Source: a virus (taxonomy: Duplodnaviria; Caudoviricetes). From it: a stretch of 31,438 nucleotides of DNA. Below, in pieces: positions 1-7,419 of the stretch. A program made the translations under genes and the position numbers. Where the stretch lies: positions 1 through 31,438 of IMG/VR virus record IMGVR_UViG_3300038530_001546. One strand, 5' to 3'. Position 1 is the first letter of the stretch, and each line of letters opens with the position of its first letter. The notes under the pieces are model-generated. The model did no database searches and had not been told where the DNA came from. It was given only the letters and a program-made list of their open reading frames with translations.

Positions 1-239
1 CCAACCGCGACAACAATTGCACCAACCCCGGTCGATATTAATGCAGCCTTAAACGCTTGTAAGGCCGGTATTGCGGTCATAATACCCGTACCGGCTGCTT
101 TAAACGCTGCGCCAATTGAAAGGCCGGACGCGGTACCCGTTGCGCCTGTTGTTGCAAGGTCCTTATTTAATTTTTTTGTTTTTACGGTTGCCTTGCCGGT
201 TTGTATTTTTATATTTATTACCTGTTCTTGCTTTGCCAC
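1..239 (-). CDS. Tape measure protein N-terminus (second tail module), truncated by window edge
   Basis: Not in ORF track. Manual translation from GTG at 239: MAKQEQVINIKIQTGKATVKTKKLNKDLATTGATGTASGLSIGAAFKAAGTGIMTAIPALQAFKAALISTGVGAIVVAVG. The Ala/Gly-rich KAALISTGVGAIVVAVG segment is typical of Bacteroidota phage TMPs. Confidence 0.7.
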   Translation of the reverse strand, partial: MAKQEQVINIKIQTGKATVKTKKLNKDLATTGATGTASGLSIGAAFKAAGTGIMTAIPALQAFKAALISTGVGAIVVAV

Positions 240-370
240 GCCAACTCCTGTTTAATTTGTTTTAACCCCTCTTTAAATGTTTGAGGTAATTTATATTTGC
301 CTTTTGCAATTCTTATGTTTTCGGTTTCGCCTTTTGCTTGCGGCAATAATTTTATTATACTGCTAATCAT
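218..370 (-). CDS. Small hypothetical phage protein (50 aa)
   Basis: Not in ORF track. MISSIIKLLPQAKGETENIRIAKGKYKLPQTFKEGLKQIKQELAWQSKNR; fills the gap and overlaps both neighbours. Confidence 0.65.
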   Translation of the reverse strand: MISSIIKLLPQAKGETENIRIAKGKYKLPQTFKEGLKQIKQELAWQSKNR

Positions 371-2615
371 AACTCTCGTACGTTAAACAATTTATTAACT
401 CGATATCGCTTTCGCCTGTTGTTAAATTTGTTGATATTGAGTTTATATTATATTCCTCTTGTTTGTAAATAAATTTATCAGATAACGAATAATTTAGCAA
501 AATTTTTAAAGGTAGGTATGCCTTTATTTTTATTATTCGCCTTCGCCTGTTAAAAATATCCTTTATGTATTTTGTATATTCCTCGTTAAATAGTGAACCC
601 GTAAACGAGGTGTCTTGGGTATATTCGTTTATTTCGTGTCCAAAGTGTAACGTTTCGCCGCCCTGGCTTGCGCTTATATGCAATGAATTACTTGGGATAT
701 TCGCATAACTCCTTTGCGTAACGGTTGTTATTTGATCCGGATTTTCTGAATCAACAACGCTCCCAACATTATACGCGCCTATATTTTGAAAGATAGGATA
801 AAATAATAACGGTGCGCCTTTATAACTGTTTCGGCTTTCATTAACACTCCAACCCCACTGTATATCCTTTAACGTACCGTTTGCCGGGTCTGTTAAACGT
901 TCAAATTGAAAATGCCCAAACGGCACCTCAACCTTGTATAATTGGCCGCCAATTTCTTTTAATGTTGCCTCGGTATAACTCAACTCACCCCAACCCTTGT
1001 TTGCAAGTTGGCGGTAACGTTCGGCCAAAAATGATTTTGAATCCTTGTATTTAAACAAAACCTTTTTATACGGCAAAGCAACATTTACAACTTCTTTGGT
1101 AATATCAATATACTCGTCAATTTCGTAACGTGCCGGGTTTGCATAATAATCGTCAAGGGGTTTTACAACTATGTTTTTTGTTGTATCTGACGAGTTTTCT
1201 GTATCTACAAACGCAACCAAATTAAACATTTTAAACAAACCACTTAACAAATCAATTGTTTTTAATTCCGGTATTTGTTGCGTTATATTGAAACGAAAAA
1301 CCGAGGCCGTTGAAAATGGACCCGCACTAACAAAAGATTGAAAATTGAAAAATTGCGTACCGCCTTGACTTCCAATAACCTTGCCGCCATAATACGAACA
1401 CGTTACTTTAAACTCACTAACGTTAATAACATTTGCGGCAACAATATCAAACGTTAAAACAGATCCCAAATATAAAAAATCGTCAATATCGCTCGGGTTG
1501 GTGCCGGGTGTGTTTGGGTTCCACGTAAAGCTTGAGTCGCCCGTTACTTGCGCGCTTACAAATACAGGCGTATCGTCTAATTGTGCAAACATTCGCACGC
1601 GGTAAGGATCGGTTTCGGACGGCGGTACATTTACCTCGATTTTAAATTGTGTAAATTGAAAATTAAGAGGAAAGCCTCCCGAGCCTGGGCTTGTTATAAA
1701 AAAAAGTTGGCCATCAGTAAAAAACCCGTTATCGGGGTTGTTATCTGCGCCTACAATTGGACTCGTAACAACTGAATCAAAATCATCAACCGGCGTAATT
1801 GTCTCCTCGTTACCGCTTAAATTTTCAACGTGACCGCTTTTCCTATGTAACCACATATATAAATTGTTCATTTTAGGTATTGAGGCATTGTTAAAAAAAT
1901 CATTGCTAAATCTTAAATTAACAGGATAAGCCGGTGTTGAATACTTGGTCTCAATTGCTTGTATTAATACGTTTACATTAATAGCATATTTCAATTGGGT
2001 CCAAGGTAAACCCTGTTTGTAATTCCCGGCATTGTCCGGGTCGTTTGTTGGTTTTAAATTACCGCTTTGATCGAACGAATCGGCGGCGGTTGATGAATAA
2101 TACAAACGTTTTGTATGCGTAATTAAAGGAGTTATTACCGGTTTTGGTGTGCCGCTACTATCAACAAAATTTTGACTTAAACCGCCCAATACTGCGCCCG
2201 GCCCGTATAATTTAGAATATGAGTCGAGCGGTAAACTGCTTAATTTATCCTCACCAATTAGGTCTTTTAATTCAACGGTTGCGCCGTAAAATGTAACCTT
2301 ATAATTAGCCGGTTTTCGTTCTGTTAATTGTACGCCGTTTAATTGTAATTTACCTTTTTCAAATGTTATATTGTTGACCTGTATTTCTGCATTTACACGC
2401 TCACGCGCATCGTACCCGTCCTCGATATTGAAATTATAATAATGTTTAAATAATTTATTATTTTTTTTGGATGCCGGTAAGGTAAACGTTTGCGTAAATG
2501 CCGTAAAAATTTTAGCAACGTCTTTTATATTTTTGAGGCTTTTAGTTATTTTAATAGTTTCGTCTTGAAACATATCAACTCGCTCACCCTGGACAAATAA
2601 TTGAACCTTTAACAT
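363..2615 (-). CDS. Large minor tail / tail-tip hub protein (750 aa)
   Basis: N-terminus VQLFVQGERVDMFQDETIKITKS..FTQTFTLPASKKNNKLFKHYYN and C-terminus YNINSISTNLTTGESDIEL resemble Bacteroidota siphovirus tail proteins; lies upstream of a TMP. Confidence 0.65.
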   Translation of the reverse strand: MLKVQLFVQGERVDMFQDETIKITKSLKNIKDVAKIFTAFTQTFTLPASKKNNKLFKHYYNFNIEDGYDARERVNAEIQVNNITFEKGKLQLNGVQLTERKPANYKVTFYGATVELKDLIGEDKLSSLPLDSYSKLYGPGAVLGGLSQNFVDSSGTPKPVITPLITHTKRLYYSSTAADSFDQSGNLKPTNDPDNAGNYKQGLPWTQLKYAINVNVLIQAIETKYSTPAYPVNLRFSNDFFNNASIPKMNNLYMWLHRKSGHVENLSGNEETITPVDDFDSVVTSPIVGADNNPDNGFFTDGQLFFITSPGSGGFPLNFQFTQFKIEVNVPPSETDPYRVRMFAQLDDTPVFVSAQVTGDSSFTWNPNTPGTNPSDIDDFLYLGSVLTFDIVAANVINVSEFKVTCSYYGGKVIGSQGGTQFFNFQSFVSAGPFSTASVFRFNITQQIPELKTIDLLSGLFKMFNLVAFVDTENSSDTTKNIVVKPLDDYYANPARYEIDEYIDITKEVVNVALPYKKVLFKYKDSKSFLAERYRQLANKGWGELSYTEATLKEIGGQLYKVEVPFGHFQFERLTDPANGTLKDIQWGWSVNESRNSYKGAPLLFYPIFQNIGAYNVGSVVDSENPDQITTVTQRSYANIPSNSLHISASQGGETLHFGHEINEYTQDTSFTGSLFNEEYTKYIKDIFNRRRRIIKIKAYLPLKILLNYSLSDKFIYKQEEYNINSISTNLTTGESDIELINCLTYESYD

Positions 2616-3818
2616 TTATCTTATATTTTGAATATGATCAAAAGCAAAATCAAAGTTTAATTCATATTGTATATTTGCTTTATTATTTACGCCTGTTTTA
2701 CGTGTTAAATTTTGTGAACGCAAAATAACAGGCCTTACCGTTAATGAACTATCCTCAAGCCATACTTGCTCGCTTGTTAATAATTGCTCAATTGCCGGGT
2801 TTAAACATTCGTTTAACAATTCAGTATTTAACGTTATTGACTGTTGTGCGGTAACTTGAAAACGTTTATTACTATGTTTATACAATGAATACGACGGCCC
2901 GGTTGTTTTCGTTGCTTCAATAGTAACCGACTTGTAATCTTTGCTTTTTGTATTTGTTTTTATTGTGTGTTTTGTAGGCAACCAAAACGATTGTAACGCA
3001 CCAAATTTATTATAATATATTGCGCGGTATGCCTCGTATTTTGGGTGACAAACCTCGTTTAACGTTAGCGTTACGCTTTGCGAATTACCACTCGTTGAGG
3101 TTATTGTAATCGTGTCGCCTGTTACTGCGTTATCGGTTGTTATTTGTAAATAATATATTTTGTCGCCGCTTTCATTTGAGTCCGTTGTTGGTGTTGGTAA
3201 ACTGTTATCGCTATCATTCCAATTTGAATCCTCAACGTCCCAAAATTCATCGGTAAAATTCCAAACCGCATCCGTTACGGTTGTTTGAGCCTGCGGCAAT
3301 GGTTCCGAAAATATAGGTATTTTAATATCGCGCCCACGTACAAACGGGATGCAAGTATTTGTTTGCAAAACCATTGGCGTAAAACCGGCGGAGTTTGTCG
3401 GATCATTTGAGGTCCTTGGGTTAATACCCTCCTCAAATTCGCCATAACCGTCAAAGGCTAAATATGTTTGTTCGTCTGTTGTACCGCCTCCCGGGGCGTT
3501 TAATGTTGCGCCCGTATCATCCTCACGCACCGCGCTTATAAAAACCCAAACCGCGTCAACCGCCTCGGTATAATACTCGGTTTCTAAATAATCGCGTATT
3601 AATTCGCTTATTTCAATAACAACAAAATTGTCGGTTGTTTCTTTTACAAATTTTGTAACCGTATAAGTTGCCGTTGTTGGTTTGTCATTTGTAACGTGTC
3701 CCGAATAAATAAAAATAGAATATATAACCTTAAACAAATTCTCGTTTGCGCCCTGGTCGCTTGGGTTTGATATACTCTTAATATAATACGGGCTTCTTGC
3801 GTTTATTATTGTACTCAT
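2616..3818 (-). CDS. Structural protein, probable distal-tail-like (400 aa)
   Basis: Begins INARSPYYI and contains YYNKFGALQSFW and IEQLLTSEQVWL; beta-rich and located in the tail cluster. Confidence 0.55.
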   Translation of the reverse strand: MSTIINARSPYYIKSISNPSDQGANENLFKVIYSIFIYSGHVTNDKPTTATYTVTKFVKETTDNFVVIEISELIRDYLETEYYTEAVDAVWVFISAVREDDTGATLNAPGGGTTDEQTYLAFDGYGEFEEGINPRTSNDPTNSAGFTPMVLQTNTCIPFVRGRDIKIPIFSEPLPQAQTTVTDAVWNFTDEFWDVEDSNWNDSDNSLPTPTTDSNESGDKIYYLQITTDNAVTGDTITITSTSGNSQSVTLTLNEVCHPKYEAYRAIYYNKFGALQSFWLPTKHTIKTNTKSKDYKSVTIEATKTTGPSYSLYKHSNKRFQVTAQQSITLNTELLNECLNPAIEQLLTSEQVWLEDSSLTVRPVILRSQNLTRKTGVNNKANIQYELNFDFAFDHIQNIR

Positions 3819-3822
3819 TTTA

Positions 3823-4371
3823 TTATTTTTTGCTTTCTATTTTTTTAGCCGTTTTATGTATTTCGTTTGCAACATCCTCACCAACTGCACGAGCCAATTT
3901 TAACTCAACCCACTTTTGAGAGGTTTGAAATGAACGCGTTAAAAACATTGTTGACCTTATGCCTTTGTCGCGTATGCTGCGCGCAATTAAAAAACCTATT
4001 GTATTATAATTGCCTTTTGCAAATTGCCCTTTATCATTGCGTAAACGTATGTTACGTTTTTTGGCCCAATTCGCCAACGTTTCAACGGGCGGTATTTTTG
4101 AACTTGACTTAAACGAATACGGACTTGATGAGGTATTACCATCCGCATAATACGCGTTTGCACCTCGCACCCCTTTATCCAAAAATTTACCGTAACCCAA
4201 CATTGAAATTAAAATATCAATACCTTGGTTATTTTTTTTTATTTCTGATTTTAACGAATTGTATAAATTTTTATCAACGTTATGTTTTCCTTTTGTAAGG
4301 CGCGACCTACTTTGTTGAACAATATATTTACCCCACTTCTCGGCAATTTTATTAACGTTTATGAATTGCAT
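3823..4371 (-). CDS. Neck/tail-completion (HK97 gp10-like, virion morphogenesis) protein
   Basis: Basic 182-aa protein with LYNSL, YGKFLDKGVRG and IARSIRDKGI..FLTR motifs; position in the cluster. Confidence 0.55.
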   Translation of the reverse strand: MQFINVNKIAEKWGKYIVQQSRSRLTKGKHNVDKNLYNSLKSEIKKNNQGIDILISMLGYGKFLDKGVRGANAYYADGNTSSSPYSFKSSSKIPPVETLANWAKKRNIRLRNDKGQFAKGNYNTIGFLIARSIRDKGIRSTMFLTRSFQTSQKWVELKLARAVGEDVANEIHKTAKKIESKK

Positions 4372-4850
4372 CGGTCTATATTATTACGCGTTGTTAATTG
4401 AAAATTAAAACTCCACCCGGCGAGGACGTTTTCAAATCGATCGCGAAACGGCTCGGCCGTTACATTTTCTTTATTTATATAAACGTTACCATCATATAAA
4501 TCGCCAACAAATAATTTATCGACAATATGGTTGCCAACGTTTAACATTGAATTTAAAACGTATAACTCGCTTGAGTTTTGGTATATGCTGGGTTCGCTTT
4601 CAATACCAAGGTCATTGTGAACAATATCCATTATTAAAATACTAACCTCGTAATTTATTGTCGTGCTGCCAAAATTTGCTTGCCCAATTACAATATGCGC
4701 CAAAGGATATATTGTTTGTTTGTCTAAATCAATATCACCAATATCGCCAACCGTTACGGTATTTATTAATTTATTATTTAATAACGCATCCCGTAATTTT
4801 TCAACAATTTTAAAATAACTTTGGGCGCCTATGTTTTGGTCTATGCTCAT
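4359..4850 (-). CDS. Putative tail terminator / tail-completion protein
   Basis: GDIGDIDLDKQTIYPLAHI and EPFRDRFENVLAGW; size and position fit. Confidence 0.5.
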   Translation of the reverse strand: MSIDQNIGAQSYFKIVEKLRDALLNNKLINTVTVGDIGDIDLDKQTIYPLAHIVIGQANFGSTTINYEVSILIMDIVHNDLGIESEPSIYQNSSELYVLNSMLNVGNHIVDKLFVGDLYDGNVYINKENVTAEPFRDRFENVLAGWSFNFQLTTRNNIDRCNS

Positions 4851-5103
4851 TTATATTTATTTTTTATTTGTTTGCTTTCTACTTCTAATTTTTCTTTTTC
4901 AAATGCTAACATTGTTAAACATTGGTTTATATTTAATTCTGTTATTTCATTAAATCGCCTAATATCTCCTTGTGCCAATTGGTATAAACTCGAGTACCAA
5001 CCCCACTTTTTGCCAAAGCCTCCAACTGTTGACGGTGTTTCGCCAACTCCGGGTCCGTTGTATAATTCATCATAACGCTCGACAATTCTATCCCTAAATT
5101 GTA
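4847..5103 (-). CDS. -1 frameshift extension of the 4942..5601 gene (fusion about 251 aa)
   Basis: After CTT TTT TTT the -1 frame is open: LQFRDRIVERYDELYNGPGVGETPSTVGGFGKKWGWYSSLYQLAQGDIRRFNEITELNINQCLTMLAFEKEKLEVESKQIKNKYK. Its TGA overlaps the ATG of 4359..4850 (ATGA). Confidence 0.7.
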
Positions 5104-5601
5104 AAAAAAAAGCATTGAACTAACAACCGCACTCATTGGCATATCCAACATTACATCGTGTAACAGATCCCCTTTATATTCTTGAATTGTATATTTTTCG
5201 CCTCGTTGTTGTGTTACGGGCCTATATAATACACTCATTGCCTTATGTAATTCGTTTACTTTGCCAATAAAATTGTCGAGGTCTATATATTCGCCAAATG
5301 TTATATTTTCCAAATCCGGCACAAAACCAAAGGTTGTTTGCCCAAGTTGAAACGTGCGGACGAGTTTTGGTTCCTGTAATAAAATGTCCGTTAATTCAGT
5401 AACAACCCGGTTAAAATCATTTAACGTCATTGCGGCCGCCTGTTCGTATGTAATGCCACAAAATATCTCAACCATTTTAACTTGAATAAAACGCTCCGAA
5501 TTTTTATCATCAACGTTAGTATTTAAAACGCGATCATATTTTTGGTATTCGCGTAATGTTATATCCTCCAGGCCTTGCGGCATTTGTATTTTTATTTTCA
5601 T
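4942..5601 (-). CDS. Putative tail assembly chaperone-like protein (219 aa) with internal slippery site
   Basis: First gene of the left structural cluster; run of nine T at 5103-5111 (minus strand) in the X XXY YYZ register. Confidence 0.55.
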   Translation of the reverse strand: MKIKIQMPQGLEDITLREYQKYDRVLNTNVDDKNSERFIQVKMVEIFCGITYEQAAAMTLNDFNRVVTELTDILLQEPKLVRTFQLGQTTFGFVPDLENITFGEYIDLDNFIGKVNELHKAMSVLYRPVTQQRGEKYTIQEYKGDLLHDVMLDMPMSAVVSSMLFFYNLGIELSSVMMNYTTDPELAKHRQQLEALAKSGVGTRVYTNWHKEILGDLMK

Positions 5602-5643
5602 ATTGTTATAACGTTTGTTTTAAAAAAGTTTTTAAAAATAGAC

Positions 5644-5674
5644 AAAAAAAAGGGTTGCGCATGCAACCCCTTTT
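5644..5674. terminator. Rho-independent terminator (possibly bidirectional)
   Basis: A8-GGGTTGC-gcat-GCAACCC-cTTTT hairpin with U tracts on both sides. Confidence 0.8.
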
Positions 5675-5697
5675 AATTTGGTATTTTATTTAATCTC

Positions 5698-5931
5698 TCA
5701 TTTTATTTGTGTTTTTAATTTTGTTACTAAATTTTTATGATCCTGTTTTATGCGCTTTTGTTCGTCTGAATATGCCTTGTTTGTAAATTGAAAAATTGCC
5801 GGCAAATCCTTATATAATTCATAAGCGTTAATTTCAAAATCTAAATTTTCGCCTTCGTTAGTTGTTGCGCTTAAATATACCGTCCCGTCCGAGCCGGCTA
5901 TTGTTGTAAAATTGTTTAAGTAAAAATCCAT
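5698..5931 (-). CDS. Hypothetical protein (77 aa)
   Basis: ORF track; A-rich leader; last gene before the terminator. Confidence 0.7.
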   Translation of the reverse strand: MDFYLNNFTTIAGSDGTVYLSATTNEGENLDFEINAYELYKDLPAIFQFTNKAYSDEQKRIKQDHKNLVTKLKTQIK

Positions 5932-5937
5932 AATTGT

Positions 5938-6096
5938 TTATTTAATGTTATATATAATTGTACGGGCCTCACATTCCAGGTCCTCCCATTTTCTCCATTT
6001 TTTAATATCGGCCTCGTCTATTGCCTGGGCTTTCATTTTTTGGCAATGCCTAATTTTGTCTTTTAAATCATCGAGTTGTGTTCTATTGTTTCTCAT
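5938..6096 (-). CDS. Hypothetical protein (52 aa)
   Basis: Manual: MRNNRTQLDDLKDKIRHCQKMKAQAIDEADIKKWRKWEDLECEARTIIYNIK; ATGA-coupled to the upstream ORF. Confidence 0.65.
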   Translation of the reverse strand: MRNNRTQLDDLKDKIRHCQKMKAQAIDEADIKKWRKWEDLECEARTIIYNIK

Positions 6097-6197
6097 AATA
6101 AGTGTGTTTTAATAATTAAATAAATTGTTGTTAGTAATAATCCAACGTAACTCCAAAACGCCATTTTATAAGCGCTTTCATTTTTTGGGTTTTCCAT
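6093..6197 (-). CDS. Small single-TM protein (34 aa)
   Basis: Manual: MENPKNESAYKMAFWSYVGLLLTTIYLIIKTHLL; overlaps both neighbours. Confidence 0.55.
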   Translation of the reverse strand: MENPKNESAYKMAFWSYVGLLLTTIYLIIKTHLL

Positions 6198-6393
6198 TGG
6201 TTGCTTTTTTAATTTGTATTATTGCCGTGCAAATATCCAACGCTTGCCACTCGGTCGGCTTAAGTTTCTCGTGTTTACTCCAAAGGCGGCTTTGGTAATC
6301 CTGTAAATGTTCGAGGTCCCATAACATAAATACCTCCCACATAAACGCGTTAGCGCTTGATCGTATAAAATTTGTGTATTGATTTTGTTTCAT
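6178..6393 (-). CDS. Hypothetical protein (71 aa)
   Basis: ORF track; leader AATAATAAACA-ATG. Confidence 0.65.
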   Translation of the reverse strand: MKQNQYTNFIRSSANAFMWEVFMLWDLEHLQDYQSRLWSKHEKLKPTEWQALDICTAIIQIKKATNGKPKK

Positions 6394-6410
6394 TGTTTAT
6401 TATTTTTAAA

Positions 6411-6554
6411 TTATTCGGCAAAATATGAACCATCCGCTTTTACATAAAAAGCTTGACTTCCCTTTTCTACTAAAACCAAGTCCCCGGTTTTGTAAACATA
6501 TTCAAATCCTTTATTTTCTAATCTTGTAATTGTACTTTTTTGTTGTGATGTCAT
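6411..6554 (-). CDS. Hypothetical protein (47 aa)
   Basis: Manual: MTSQQKSTITRLENKGFEYVYKTGDLVLVEKGSQAFYVKADGSYFAE; leader AATAAACAATAAAACA-ATG. Confidence 0.65.
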   Translation of the reverse strand: MTSQQKSTITRLENKGFEYVYKTGDLVLVEKGSQAFYVKADGSYFAE

Positions 6555-6575
6555 TGTTTTATTGTTTATTATTAT

Positions 6576-6612
6576 ACTGCTAATATACAAACATTTGTTA
6601 ATATACCAAACT
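6576..6612 (-). promoter_or_regulatory. Putative Bacteroidota-type promoter for the small-gene cassette
   Basis: Minus strand TTTG..(spacer)..TATATTAG, a near match to -33 TTTG / -7 TAnnTTTG. Confidence 0.5.
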
Positions 6613-6637
6613 TTTTTTTAATTTTTTTTATTTTTTT

Positions 6638-6781
6638 TTATAGCATATCCGCCTCCGAACACGCCCCGCAACAATACGGGCCTTTGTGTATAGGTTTATC
6701 GCAATATCTGCAATTGTTCTCGGGTTCATTCCAACCCCTGTAATTGTGCTCTTGTTCTACTAACCAATCGTCGTAATTCAT
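6638..6781 (-). CDS. Small zinc-finger protein (47 aa)
   Basis: Manual: MNYDDWLVEQEHNYRGWNEPENNCRYCDKPIHKGPYCCGACSEADML (CxxC..CCxxC); ATGA overlap with the MTase stop. Confidence 0.7.
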   Translation of the reverse strand: MNYDDWLVEQEHNYRGWNEPENNCRYCDKPIHKGPYCCGACSEADML

Positions 6782-7404
6782 AATTTTAATCTTAATTGTT
6801 GTTTATGTTGTTGTATTCGTTTTATTGCTGCGGCATAATAGCCGGGATCTGTTTCGCACGCCGTTAATTGATGGCCCAAATTGTGACAAGCAATAGCAAT
6901 CGAACCGCTCCCCAAATGCGTATCCAAAATTTTATCGCCCGGGTTCGCGTAATTCATTATTAACCATTCGTATAATTTTATTGGTTTTTCTGTTGGGTGT
7001 ATTCTTGGCGTGCCGTTGTTAGCATTGGCGCCAACCCAACTAACCTTATATTTACGTAACGCACGTTTAAAACTTGTAAACGCTAACTCGCCATCACTAA
7101 AATCATTTGAACCCGTACCTTTATCCCAAAATATCCAACCGCTCGAACCTGGCAAAAATTCCGTCATATAATTAGCGCCAAATATAATTTGATTTTTGCT
7201 AACCCTAAATAATTCATCAAAATAATTTTGGTTTGGTACGTTCGCATCCCACTCACTCGATCCCCGGTCAATTTTATTTTTGCCGTTTCCTAAAGTCATT
7301 TTTGTTACGTTAATACCATACGGGGGGTCGACAATCGCCAAATCAAAATATTTGTCTGCGTATCTTGACATTAATTCCATGTTGTCTTCATTTGTTATTT
7401 TCAT
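6778..7404 (-). CDS. DNA N6-adenine/N4-cytosine methyltransferase (beta class)
   Basis: DPPY catalytic motif, HPTEKP, and ILDTHLGSGS SAM-binding motif. Confidence 0.92.
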   Translation of the reverse strand: MKITNEDNMELMSRYADKYFDLAIVDPPYGINVTKMTLGNGKNKIDRGSSEWDANVPNQNYFDELFRVSKNQIIFGANYMTEFLPGSSGWIFWDKGTGSNDFSDGELAFTSFKRALRKYKVSWVGANANNGTPRIHPTEKPIKLYEWLIMNYANPGDKILDTHLGSGSIAIACHNLGHQLTACETDPGYYAAAIKRIQQHKQQLRLKL

Positions 7405-7408
7405 TTTT
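7331..7408. repeat. Direct repeat copy 1 (MTase 5' end; partner 9703..9780)
   Basis: Identical 20-mer acaatcgccaaatcaaaata and 27-mer ttgtcttcatttgttattttcattttt, both at offset 2372. Confidence 0.9.
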
Positions 7409-7419
7409 ATTTTTTATTA

